The notes under the pieces: model-generated
The model's input: only the letters and a program-made list of their open reading frames with translations
Database searches by the model: none
What the model was told of the DNA's origin: nothing
Origin: Pecten maximus
Lineage: Eukaryota
Direction: 5' to 3'
NCBI RefSeq assembly: GCF_902652985.1
Contig: NC_047033.1
Span: 4,402,001-4,466,000, forward strand
DNA: 64,000 bases
Shown here: positions 26,870 to 39,461 of the stretch, one piece after another
How positions within the stretch are numbered: position 1 is the first letter of the stretch
Layout of the letters: each line of letters starts with the position of its first letter
Position numbers and translations under genes: made by a program

Positions 26870-27050
26870 GAATAGATAAGACGAGGTCCAAATAGGAACA
26901 AAATATAGACTTTCATGATAACGTACAGAGGGAATAGGACCAGGTGTCCGGTATAGTGAGCGTCATCTACTTCATCGACTTCACACGCCATACAAATATA
27001 GGTCACGGCGACACGCCATGCAAATCTAGGTCAAAGCTGAGTTAAAAGAC
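26870..27050 (-). mobile_element. Dispersed repeat fragment (retroelement-3'-end-like); family also at 30425, 42340 and 59330
   Basis: Shared block gaccaggtg(c)tcc.gtatagt.agcgtc.tct.cttc.t.gac.acac.cgccatacaaatctaggtca. The family identity is not established. Confidence 0.55.
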
Positions 27051-27090
27051 ATTTCTAATTGCCTACTGACTATAAAAAGCTATGATAATT

Positions 27091-27107
27091 ACAACAACAA
27101 CAACAAT

Positions 27108-27142
<35 letters not shown>

Positions 27143-27143
27143 A
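27091..27143. repeat. (CAA)n microsatellite
   Basis: Directly visible. Confidence 0.95.
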
Positions 27144-28089
27144 TTCTTGGTGTTCTTCTTTCGGTATAACAACACAATACTGATGGATAATTCTTTTGTG
27201 TCCTTCTTTCTTTATTTATTTCTTCTTTCACTTTCTTTTACTTGATTAATAACACATGCAGCTCCGTCTGAAGATATCAGGCGATCTCTAAACAGTAATA
27301 TGAGAGGGCAAATGTAACAGCCGGACAGACGCTCTAACCGTTTGAGGCACCTGGTCATCGTCGTTCAGACTCAGCAACAATATAATACGCATCTTTTACA
27401 TAAAACCCGATCTTACGGGTCCTCTTGTCTTATTTGTACACCCACAAGTCAGTAAAGAAATCGCAGTTTCCAGAGACACTCTCACTGTCATTCGCTTCCA
27501 CACTGTTATCATGGACCTCACCATTAAAATTCCATCCATTGTATGTGAAGAATGTAATCTGCGGATTTAGAAAATATGGCACTGGTTCATCCAATGTCAT
27601 GATTTATAAGAAGGCATAGGAATGGCATCTGCTGCCCCCATTGCATGATTTGTAAGAGGCAACTTAATTTTCTATCTTATCTGTTCTCTTTTTTGTTTTG
27701 TTTTTTCCCCTTCCCAATGTGTCCCTTGACACTGCCTCACTTATGGCCTTTAGCTGAGAGTTCGCCTATGTAAGTCCCCTTTGGGCTCTGTCCCCTGACC
27801 GAGAATACTAGAACCTCTACAACAGTAGTTGCTGTTCCTCTCTGACGCACAGCATTTTGTAACCGGGTGGGGGCGTCCTGTTTGTGGTGTCTGCTGTGTA
27901 CAATGGACTTCAGTGAGGTAGCACTATAAAGTCCAAGTCCCTTCCGCGATACCACAATGGCAATTGTTTATTCTCGTAAACAGTACAGTGCAGAGATTAT
28001 GAATATTAACAAATGGATAACAGTAATGCATGGTAAAACAGGATGGACATCAGTATTGTCATTATTGTGAAATAATTATTTCATTTATA

Positions 28090-28340
28090 TCAATAATAAA
28101 TATCAATGAAATAAGTTCATTTTGAGTTACGTAATTGAATAATGTATGAAATTTACATGTATTTGGTCTATCATAATATTATCTAGACATATGTTTCCGT
28201 CTGCAATTGGGTGTAAGTTGTTGATCACAGTTAAATAAATAATGAAATTGGTCGCCTATTTCTCTTAAATTACATAAAGTGCAAATTCTATTTTCACGTG
28301 GTATATTACACCATCTACCACTTTCACCAAATTTATACGT
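28090..28340 (-). mobile_element. Decayed 3' end of a non-LTR retrotransposon (LINE) ORF2
   Basis: Translates to ESGRWCNIPRENRICTLCNLREIGDQFHYLFNC, the CCHC zinc-knuckle C-terminus typical of invertebrate LINE ORF2 proteins. Confidence 0.75.
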
Positions 28341-28825
28341 AGGCAAATCACAAAAATACCACAGCCTCCTTAAACACACACATACACCTCTACTCCTATT
28401 TTTTCAGAGGGACGTATAAGACAAAGAATTACTTTAGTATTATGATTCAATACCATATGTTTCAGTTGCTATAGTATAACAATTAATATCATTCTGTCAT
28501 TGCAGGGTTAAAATTACCTTCCTGGTCTCAAACGTCAGACAGGAAACATGTCACAATTATGCAGCATTTCAACAGTTTCACATTTCTAAACAAGGTTAAA
28601 ACATTAAACACCGACGTCGAGTCAAGTGTGAAATTTTGACGAGAGTCTATACGGATAGAACACCGATTTGGGAATACTTGGGTGTTTTCAGGTAAATATC
28701 TCATTTATCTATGTTTGTAAGGTAGGTGTTATGTCACGCCCGATTTTATTGTATTTGCACCAGATTCTTAGCGACACCAAACGGTGTCGGAGAATTCCAC
28801 GTCTTCATTTGTACTGCGCTATGGC

Positions 28826-29812
28826 CCTACACCAGACATGGTGACAGAGCCAGAGGAAACTCGGGCTACACCAGGCATGGTGCCAGGGCCAGAGGATGGC
28901 AGAGGAAACCCGGGCTACACCAGACATTGTGTCAGGGCCAGAGGAAACTCGGGCTACACCAGGCATGGTGTCAGGGCCAGAGGAAACTCGGGCTACACCA
29001 GGCATGGTGTCAGGGCCAGAGGAAACTCGGGCTACACCGACATGGTGTCAGGGTCAGAGGAAACCCGGGCTACACCAGACATTGTGTCAGGGCCAGAGGA
29101 AACTCGGGCTACACCAGATATTGTGTCAGGGCCAGAGGAACTCGGGCTACACCAGACATGGTGTCAGGGCCAGAGGAAACTCGGGCTACACCGACATGGT
29201 GTCAGGGTCAGAGGAAACTCGGGCTACACCAGACATGGTGTCAGGGCCAGAGGAAACTCGGGCTACACCAGACATGGTGTCAGGGCCAGAGGAAACTCGG
29301 GCTACACCAGACATGGTGTCAGGGTCAGAGGAAACTCGGGCTACACCAGACATGGTGTCAGGGCCAGAGGAAACTCGGGCTACACCAGACATGGTGTCAG
29401 GGCCAGAGGAAACTCGGGCTACACCGACATGGTGTCAGGGCCAGAGGAAACTCGGGCTACACCAGACATGGTGTCAGGGCAAGAGGAAACTCGGGCTACA
29501 CCAGACATGGTGTCAGGGCCAGAGGAAACTCGGGCTACACCAGACATGGTGTCAGGGCCAGAGGAAACTCGGGCTACACCTGACATGGTGTCAGGGCCAG
29601 AGGAAACTCGGGCTACACCAGACATGGTGTCAGGGCAAGAGGAAACTCGGGCTACACCAGACATGGTGTCAGGGCCAGAGGAAACTCGGGCTACACCAGA
29701 CATGGTGTCAGGGCCAGAGGAAACTCGGGCTACACCAGACATCGTGTCAGGGCCAGAGGAAGCTCGGGCTACACCTGACATGGTGTCAGGATCAGAGGAA
29801 ACTCGGGCTATA
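28826..29812. repeat. 39-bp GC-rich minisatellite
   Basis: About 25 units of CCAGACATGGTGTCAGGGCCAGAGGAAACTCGGGCTACA. It explains the overlapping ORFs at 28726-29914. Confidence 0.95.
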
Positions 29813-30695
29813 CCATTACCACCCATTTATTGTTCTCGGAAAGTAACCATATCACGTGCAGTGACGCCCTCCTTATCTAGATTACGTAAACACTTTGCTC
29901 GCAACCTAATATGATAAATTTGTAATCTGTTCTAGTCATTTAGATTGTTTTGATTTTTAGGAAGTAAATATAGATACACACATTTATAAGGAAAAACCTA
30001 CATCATTTGATGACAAAGAATGTGAATATTTTTTAAATCAATGTCTGAAATGTAAATATTCACTTAAAATGGTTGTCAGACAGGAATGTATTTGCTACTA
30101 ATATTAATGCATTGTGGAAGACAGATAAATATGTAAAACAACCTATGAGATGTAATTCTATAGATCTGTCACCCAGATGGCATTCATATTAGCAATAAAT
30201 ATCATCTGGTAATCGTTCAATCTCTTAGAATAACAAGTAGAAAGAGTGTGTTGTAACGATTTAATGAGTAAAATATAAATATATGTATATACATGTACCA
30301 ATAACAAAAATGCCAACATAATAACAAAAAACATAATTTAAACTGAAAATCGGTAAACCGAAGCGAACATGAACATGAATACGAATACGAACACAAAAAT
30401 AGATTTGCATGGAGACCATTGAAAAAAGAATAAAGACCAGGTGCTCCAGGACTGCAGGCGTCTTCTGCTTCATTGACGACACCCGCCTTACAATTCTAGG
30501 TCGAATCTGTGTTAAGCCACATTCTCAAAATGACAACTTAAGTGATGGTAACGGAACCACTTGGCATATCAACAAGCATAGAACACGTATGACTTCATAT
30601 CTCTTCAATAAATAGACTATTTCCAAATGAGATAAATGTGTTCAAAATTAAATCATGCTGTTTTCTGACTTCATATCGCATAAGGAAACATACAT

Positions 30696-30698
<3 letters not shown>

Positions 30699-30746
<48 letters not shown>
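30699..30746. repeat. (GA)n microsatellite
   Basis: Directly visible. Confidence 0.95.
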
Positions 30747-30748
<2 letters not shown>

Positions 30749-30924
30749 TGGTATGCCCTATATATATATATAAATCACCTTAGACAACTTATCATTTACT
30801 TCCGTGATATTTCCTGGGATGTCTATAGTTATGGATATAGCATAAGTATATATTAGGAGAGATTTACATCGCTAGCGATACGTGTACAAAGTCAATTTTT
30901 CAAGTGAAACAATATCACAGTATA

Positions 30925-30971
30925 TCACATGACCGGAAGTTGGGCAGCGTTATACTCCCGGGATGTCAGTT
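30925..30971 (+). promoter_or_regulatory. Candidate core promoter of paralog B: E-box (TCACATGA) abutting an ETS site (CCGGAAGT), then Inr-like TCAGTT
   Basis: The same arrangement is conserved upstream of paralog C (43161-43210). Confidence 0.5.
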
Positions 30972-31379
30972 TACAACGCACTGAGGTGAACATTTGTAGA
31001 GTGTTAAATTCAAAGGGATATAAATACACAGTTTACATTGTGAATATCGGAACTAGAATTCTCTACTTTCGTATGCCTCCATCCAAGGTTTTAATTACAC
31101 TGATATCGTGTCATGTAGGTTTGCCGTATTGTATGTGGTGTTCCAAGTGAGGAATAGCCATAATGGATTTCTGTCACTATTCCATTCAGCAGATACCTCT
31201 TATCATTACATCGAGATCCCGGAGATAATTTAATTATGTTGATTTTTCAGATAATATATCGCCGCTTTCTTCGTGGGAGCCTACAGAAGAGACAACTCAG
31301 AATCCAGAATTAAAATCTCAACCTGACCTCGCAACTGACTCATTACAATAAACAATAAACGATTTCTAATCTGACTGGG

Positions 31380-34300
31380 ATGGAACAGCCGGAAGGACCC
31401 AGAGGGCTAAATCCGTACTTCCGACAAAACAGCATTTTCCATCTCAACTGTGAGACGTCTAACGTGAACGAAACAGGCAAGGAATCACCCCCTGTTAACA
31501 TTTTAGATACTAAACCACCGCTTGTTCCACGGAACTCCCGAGGCCGAGTACCCCATTTGGTAGAACAACATGAAAGTGATCACTTCAATTGCAGGTATAT
31601 AGACTTCTTGTTTTTTAAAGATCAACACTTAACAGATTAAATACTATCTGAAACTGTATGTATGATGAAAGGGAAAACCAATTAGTGGAAATTTTTTTGA
31701 CAAGAAGTAAATTAAAATGACAAAGATGCAACATGTAAATCTCTGATAATGAGTAACCATGATCGACTGAAAAATAAGAAGTTGCTGTTGTACATTTTTT
31801 GAACTAAACCGAAACTTGATAGAATGCGCCATTTCCTACCTCCAAAGTTTGAGCTAAAACTTTTAGGTGATTATATAATTAACTACATCCAGATGAAATT
31901 CTTTTGCACTCTGTCTGTACATTTCCTATATAAATTTCCAGCAAGCATGTTTCCATTCGTCGGTGTCGATAATACATATTTCCATACTGTTGATGATTTA
32001 TGCATGTTCGAAAAGGAGTGTTTATGTTGTCGGCGGTGTAGCATCTCAAGATAAAGGTTGTTGGATTACTCAATTGAATATGATACTAATAATAGTGCGT
32101 TACTTGACAATGTAAATATTATCACAATAGCTTCAACTTCCTTATGTCAACGAAGATAAAATATACATATATTTATCAGTACAGATGTAGCTGAAGTAGA
32201 TAAGTAACTACTTATTTCATGGTTTCTGTGTTTTTCTCTGCACCTTGTTACCATTAGTGCTTTAGTGTGTTAAGTTATCGACCTGTTCTTCTGTAAATAA
32301 TTTAATAGTAAGGCAGACTGTAACGTTATTTTTTCTTAACCTGCTAATGTTAACAATAGTTAGTTACCGGACCAAAATACTTAAGCCACCCATGGTTAGT
32401 TGTAAAGTGTTTTATAACTTGATAAATTAGGTCCCCTGGGGTTGTTACAGACATATTTAAGTTCAGAAAATGAATTATTTTTACATAGGTCCTATATGGG
32501 GTTTGTTATCAATGGGTTTGACATCAGGAAAATAATAATCACTTTACTGAAGCCCAATGGGATTGTTATAAACGGACTTGTCCTAGGTCCACTGGAGTCT
32601 GTTATAAACGAGTTTGACACAAAGGAAATAACAATAACTTTACCTAGGCCCCCGGGGTTATATTATTAACAGGGTTTGACGACAGGAAAATAATTTACTA
32701 GGTCCCCTGGAGTTTGTTATAAACGTGTTTGACATCAGAAAAATAGTTACTTTACCCAAGCCCCCTGAGATTTTTGTTTAAAACAGGTTTGGCATCAGGA
32801 AAAAATTCCTAGATCCCCGTCCCTGTGGTTTGTTATCAACCTGTTTGACTTCAAGGAAATAATTACTTAACCTAGGCACCTGGGGTTTAATATCAATGGG
32901 TTTGGTATCAGGATAATGATTACTAAGGTTCCTTTGGGTTTGTTTTAAATAGATTTGATTTCAGGAAATATTTTCTTTACCTCTTTTGGTTTGTTACAAA
33001 CGGGTTTGACATCAGGAAAATAATAACTTCAGTCTCCTGGCGTTTGTTAGAAACATGTATGTAAATAGGAAACTCAATAACATCCCATGGGGTTCCAATA
33101 TAGTTTCCTCATATATACATACATGTTTGAGAATTAATTATAACCCCAAACTGTATATATCAACTGCACCGTTATTTGGGGAAAAAAAAAAAAAAAAAAA
33201 AAATCTTTTTTACAAAGTAAAGACAATTTTAGAAATCTGTTTTTCTGTTTATCTTATTTTCTGTGGACGTTTATTTAATACAGTATGGCAGATGATGTCA
33301 CTGATGCTTTAACGTCAGACTGGATTACCAGCCCGATATATGATTTAGACAACACTGCAAAATTATCGCTTTTCAACATAAGTGACAGTTCTGAAAACGA
33401 TTCTAAAATTGGAAATGAAAGGGATATACCAAATACTCTTTACGAATTTTTCGAAGATGATCTGTTTCGGTCGGAACTTAAGAATAATACACTGGAATTT
33501 AGAAAGGACATTGAAGAAGTAGCAACAACTGAAGGTATCAATTTAACTATGTTGACGGATGAGGCAACTCACAATTCTCAACCTCATCTCAAAACTGATT
33601 CATTACCTATACCTTATCCGACTTTGATGGAAAAACAGGAAGGACCCAGAGGGCTAAATCACTACTTCCGACAAGAAAGTATTTTCCATCTCAACTGTGA
33701 GGCGCCCAACGTGAAAGAAACAGGCAATGAGGCGCCTGACGTTACCATTTCAGATATTTCACAGCCGCTTCCTCCACGGAACTCCCAAGGCAGAGTGCCT
33801 CATTTGGCAGAACAACATAAAAGTGACCATTTCAATTGCAGGTATATATATTTCTTGTTTTTTTTCCCAGAAAGATAATTAGTTAACAGATTAAAAGATG
33901 TCAGAATTAGTGTGATGAAAGGGAATATAAAAGTGTATCACTTTTCTGATGAGAAGTAAATCGATAAATGACAATTAAAGACGTTATATGTACATCTTCG
34001 ACAACCTAACACAAGCATTTGATGTTGTATAAGTTAAAACAATACCAGAAATGAATGCAATACTCTTTTACCACCCTTCAAAGTTTGAACTAAAAAGTTA
34101 ATCCTTTTATTTCGAAGTTAATGTATAATTAACTACATCCCGATGAAATTCTACTGTACTTTGTATAATCCAAGTTTTTATTCGTCAATAAGATATACTT
34201 TTATACTGCCGGTAATTTATGCATTTTGACATGCAGTGTTTTCACTGTTGGCGGTGTAGCATCTGCAGATAATGGTTACTGGATTATTCGATTGAGTATG

Positions 34301-37300
34301 AGACTTATAAACATGCTCTTCTGAAGAGAACTGAATGATACGCTAGATCATGGTTATTTATAAAATTTTGTTTTCTTTACCTGTTAAGTTTCACATTGGT
34401 AGGTTACCAGGGACAACTACTTTGGCCGACCGTAGTTAGTTGTAAAAGTGTTTTATTACATAATCAATTCACCGATGCCCCAGTGGTTTGCTATAAATAG
34501 GTTTGACACCAAAAAGGGTTACTAAGGCACAAGGAAAACATACCTAGGTCCCCTTGATTTATCTAGACCCCCTTGGGTTTGTTATAAATGTGGTAGATAT
34601 AGTCAAACAATCACCTAGGTCCCCTTCCTTAGGGTTATTCAGGCCCCCTTGGGTTTGTTATCAACAGGTTTGGCACCAGAAAAATATTTTTTTTAACATA
34701 TACCCGGTTTGAATTAAGAAAAATAAGGACCTAAGTCCCCTGGGGTTTCTTATTTACAGGTTTCACATAAGAAAAATAATTAATTAGGTCCATTATGGTT
34801 TCTTGTCAACAAGTTTGACATCAGAAAAATAATGATTTAGGTCACCCAGGGTTTGTTATAAAGGGGTTTGACACCCAAACATAACTACTAAAGTCCCCTG
34901 GGATTTGTTTTGTTTGTTATCAGGAAACCAAATAATTTAGGTCCCATTGAGTTCCAATGTATTCCTTAATATGTATACACTGTATACGTTTATGGAATGG
35001 AACAGTACACATCACCTGTATAATTATTGGGGAATAACTAGGTATGACAATTAAGAAAAATACTATATATACTATATATTCTACTGTATTTTTTTTCTGT
35101 TGATATTTTGTTAAAGTTGTATTATTCGTTTGCAGTACATTGTTCTCATTCTCTGTTTTATTTCATTTTTATTTCATATCATCACCAGCTCTATATATGA
35201 TTTCGATAACACCACTACAGAATGCCCACATCTCACAACCGACTCTCTATTCTCAATGTCTAATCCAACTAGGATGGAAATGCAGGAAGGACCTAGAGGG
35301 TTTAAGGACTACTTCCGACAAGACAGCATTTTCAATCCTAACCACGTGGTGCCCAACCAGAACGAAAAAGCCAATGAGATGTTCCATAGGAACAAATCAT
35401 TTAACTTTCAGACTGACGCAAATGAATGTGAAGACAACAATAGTGATCATTGTAAAATTACAGATGATACCACTTGTAAATACTCGTTGGGTCATTATGA
35501 TACACCAAGCGCAAATGATGTCTATGTAAGGAAACTCAGGAGACTGGAACAAGAAGTAAACCAACTAGAACGGAGTTTGTGTGACGAATATACAGCAGGG
35601 AAAATTACAAATACTAGCAAGAGAAAGTTGTCCGCTCAACGATCTCTCAGTGACAGCGACATTTCTGAGCTGGTAGATGCTGATAAGGGCCATTCAATCC
35701 CAAATGACAAATATCAAATGGCAAAATCATCAAGCACAGAAGACATCGAAATAAAAACACGATGTAACACAATCAAGAACGCCATTAGCAAAACAAAGTT
35801 CCCTAGCCTTGAAGATATCACACTAGGGGCCAAAGAACTTTGGAGTAATATCAAAACTGCAAGTAGAAATTCTTATGAACCACCGACAAACCTTGAAATC
35901 AAAGTAGATGCACATGTGAAACTGTCATGCCCATGCGATGGGTCGTGTAGGCGTGTGGGGAGGATAGTTGCTACACATGGTGGTTATATATGGGTATCCT
36001 TCACTAAATGTTCTTGGGTGGCCTTGTACAACCATCGACATGTGAAAGTGTTTATGTTGGATACTCGTGGTGGCTATGTAGATAGTCTTGCAGTCTCAAA
36101 GGCCGGAGGTCTCTACATAACCTGTCCCCCACAGAGGAGGATTCTCATGCTCTCAACCAACTTGGAGGTATGCTTCGACACATATTTACTGTATAGATTA
36201 GCTGCTTTATATCTACCACCTGGTTGAAATGTCTCCTTATGTCCTAGATTGCATAGAAAAACTACTTCCTCACTAGTGAAAATTGCATTAGCTAAATCAT
36301 AGNNNNNNNNNNNNNNNNNNNNNNNNNNNNNNNNNNNNNNNNNNNNNNNNNNNNNNNNNNNNNNNNNNNNNNNNNNNNNNNNNNNNNNNNNNNNNNNNNN
36401 NNNNNNNNNNNNNNNNNNNNNNNNNNNNNNNNTTTCATTTTATATTACTTTATAACATCTGTTATTATCTACAACAATTAAAAGTTCGGATGTTTGTATT
36501 TTTATACACAAGAATACGTCTTCTGCTTCACTGTATATATGATAGAAAGGACAAAGGGTCGCAGCAACATGGTATCCATATTTACAACATTCTAGACGAT
36601 CCAATGCATTGTTTGGTTTGTTTTCTTTATGTTCTATAAATACAATGGTGTCATTTCTAAACGGTGTCAGCGAAGGATGGGACCACTGACGAACTCATCT
36701 ATAGTGCCACCATACTAAAATGCCATGCCTATGAGTAATAATCCTAACGTACAATGCCCAATTGAAAGCGTTAAAGAATTTAAAGAAAGCCCCTTTTCCT
36801 TAAATTCTACAATTCGTTTCCATGGACAATTTTAAGTTAAGGAACTACCTTAAGTTAGAAAATTTGTTGAAATCTGGGCCTGATATTGAAAAAGTGGTAC
36901 CCAAATGCATAACATTTTACTTGTCAGAAGGTTAACCAGGCATTAAAGCCATTCTATTGCTCTTTGTCAAGCAAAGCACAAAAAGTATCGATTTTATAGT
37001 TTCAGCCAAGGGAATTATAAATGAAAGATAAGTCGTCCCTAACGAATCATGCAATTTGGAAAACCTACCTGTATGGCATATCCAATTAAGTATTTAGATA
37101 TTTACATTTACTTACTGCTGATTATCTTTTACAGTTGTACGACTCGTGCTGCAACTACGTTGTTCGATTCCTATTAATTATTAAGGAATTCGAGAGAGGT
37201 TTCCTTACATTTTTTAATACTACATGTATAACGATTTATGTTTAGTTTAAAATCCCTAAACTTAAATGATATTAGGAATTTTACGTACAGAAATTCCAAA

Positions 37301-37946
37301 AGTACCCTACTGAAATAATTTAATCTTGAATTAAAACTTATTCTATGTTTTTTCTCTCTCAATTTTTCAGTTGACGGAACTTGGCGTCTTCAATACACTG
37401 TATCCAAGAGGTCTCGCTGTATCACCAGAGGACTATACTATCGTTGTCTGTATGGTTCCACATTTGGAGGGTCGCGATATGTGTGCTCCCTCAAAGGACA
37501 GCTGTCTGATGCGCTTCACGGGACAAAAGTCAAACGAGCTCGGGACAATTGTCAACATGGATAGCTATTTCGGATATCCGATGAAAGTAGTCATTAATGT
37601 GAATGGGGTTTTATTAGTGTCAGATTTTGGTTTGAAATGTTTGTTTGTTTTGGATAAAGGCGGACATATGTTGCGGACATTTTCCGTGTTAGGGGGAGCA
37701 GGTCTGTCTAATGTGCATGCTCTTGCGTGTAACCCTGGTAACTCTTTCTTCGTCGTCCAAGGAGGAAGTGGAACGCTTTCGATCACAGAACTAGTGAATG
37801 GCAACCTAGGGATATTTGAGGAGAAGTCGACATCAAAGAAGGATGTAAAATCTATAAAACGAAACGTTGTGACATCGTCAATGGTAAAAGCCCGTAAGAT
37901 AGCTTTAGCTTCTGGAAATGCCATCATATACGTTTCCCTTGTGTAG
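31380..37946 (+). CDS. Paralog B: internally duplicated disordered N-terminus plus NHL-type beta-propeller (4 exons, ~775 aa)
   Basis: Exons 31380-31594, 33284-33841, 35189-36167 and 37371-37946 have phases 2, 2, 0 and total 2328 nt in frame. Blades: GYIWVSF, VDSLAVSKAGGLYITC, YPRGLAVSP, FGYPMKVVINVNGVLLVSDFGLKCLFVLDKGG. The start codon and the exon-3 acceptor are less certain. Confidence 0.78.
32420..33100. repeat. Degenerate ~55-bp intronic tandem repeat; homologous arrays at 34480-34960 and 44235-44410
   Basis: Recurrent ctaggtcccctggggtttgttataaac.ggtttgacatcaggaaaataat units. Confidence 0.75.
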
Positions 37947-38599
37947 ATATTGACATGAGATACAGGATTGGATTGATATATCTTGGTAGCTCAAAGTGGT
38001 TATCATTGTAAAACAAATCTGTTGGCAGACTCCACATATACAATTTGTATTCTATAGAATAAGTTTAAGCATGCCAATTTTTGTCTAAAAGGAATTGTGG
38101 TCAATAGCAAAAACATGCGAAACGTAAATGCATAAGGTACACTTTTAATAACCTGACTATCTGAAATATATTGTTCCCGGCATCGTTATGTATATCTCAG
38201 TACCTTTGAAATTTACTTCATGTGAAATTGTATGACTGACCGTTCAGGGACAAACTTGTGCTGTCTTTGATGGTCTTAGAAATGACATCAGGCTGATCTC
38301 ACATGAATGGTACCAGCAAAGGGTTGACTACAGGCATGTACGATTGCATTATCGGGGCTGACCAGTGCCTTAAATCATATATAAAATTTATCTACTTCAA
38401 TAGGGCATATCAGGTTTTACCTGTGTTGGATATATTCCCCCTGTTTGATATCAATGGAATATTCTAGCTAGTAGTGGTATCAACAATTGATGGCCGCCGG
38501 CTTGCATTGACTACCGGTATACGTAAGAACACTTGTGTAAATATTCAGTTTTAAATTCAAAATTTTAGCAACAAATGTCATGAACTTATATCAATAACT

Positions 38600-38760
38600 C
38601 CTATTGGCTAGGATGGACGCGCGCAAGGGTCTTACTTTGGGAGGAAAAGGGCTACTCGTAGAAAATCCACTTGGTCGGGCAAGTAACTCAATAGCTTTTC
38701 ATGTTCGACTGGGAAATCGAACCCTGATCGCCTAGGTAACAGGCGAGTGTGTTATCAATC
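38600..38760 (-). mobile_element. Degenerate tRNA-derived V-type SINE remnant
   Basis: Reverse-oriented core (ggaggaaaagggctactcgtagaaaatccac) and B-box (gggaaatcgaacc). Confidence 0.5.
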
Positions 38761-39206
38761 TTCTATCCCATCTGCTCACCAATGTCGCGGTCTTCTACTA
38801 GAAGGACCGTTTAGTGATCACGCAGGCAAATTAGGTTTGTTGTCCTATACAAATGACTAACTTCATAAGTAGACATTACGGTGCCTGTAACACTTTTTCC
38901 GAGTCCAAATATTCTTTGAATTGGATATTGCTTTTGTCGATATCCATTGGGGTAATGAAATGTGTCGGCCTTGAAACAAATTCTTTAAGTTGAGTTTGAC
39001 CTGCTCTGTTTCCACCCTATGCAAAATATAGTCCGTTACCGATTAGTCATTTTCTAATAGCGTAATAGATATAAACATGTCACACAATAGCATGTTTACT
39101 GCACAAATGTGCGATGTGCGATTGAATCGCATAACTAAGCGGACTCGTAAAACCGGACGATCGATATTGCGAAATGGCAAACATACGGAATGAGTCGTAT
39201 CAAGGA

Positions 39207-39461
39207 CGTTATAAACTACAATCGCAATTCAAATTTGTGCGATGAACTTTAACCCATAAAAAAATAATAAAGCTGTAAATATCTGCATAGACCTATAAAA
39301 GTATATGATATATAAATTTCAATGAATAACGTTTACGTTATAAACTACAATCGCAATTCAAATTTGTGCGATGAACTTTAACCCATAAAAAAATAATAAA
39401 GCTGTAAATATCTGCATATACCTATAAAAGTATATGATATATAAATTTCAATGAATAACGT
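39207..39461. repeat. Near-perfect ~128-bp tandem duplication
   Basis: acgttataaactacaatcgc...caatgaataacgt occurs twice with about one mismatch. Confidence 0.9.

Noticed and set aside
27620-27960. Possible SINE-like remnant (also ~62657-62780)
   Set aside because: Only short degenerate motif resemblance; boundaries and family cannot be supported by eye.
28726-29914. 285-376 aa ORFs in three frames
   Set aside because: The 39-bp satellite unit lacks stops, and 1-bp indels shift frames between units.
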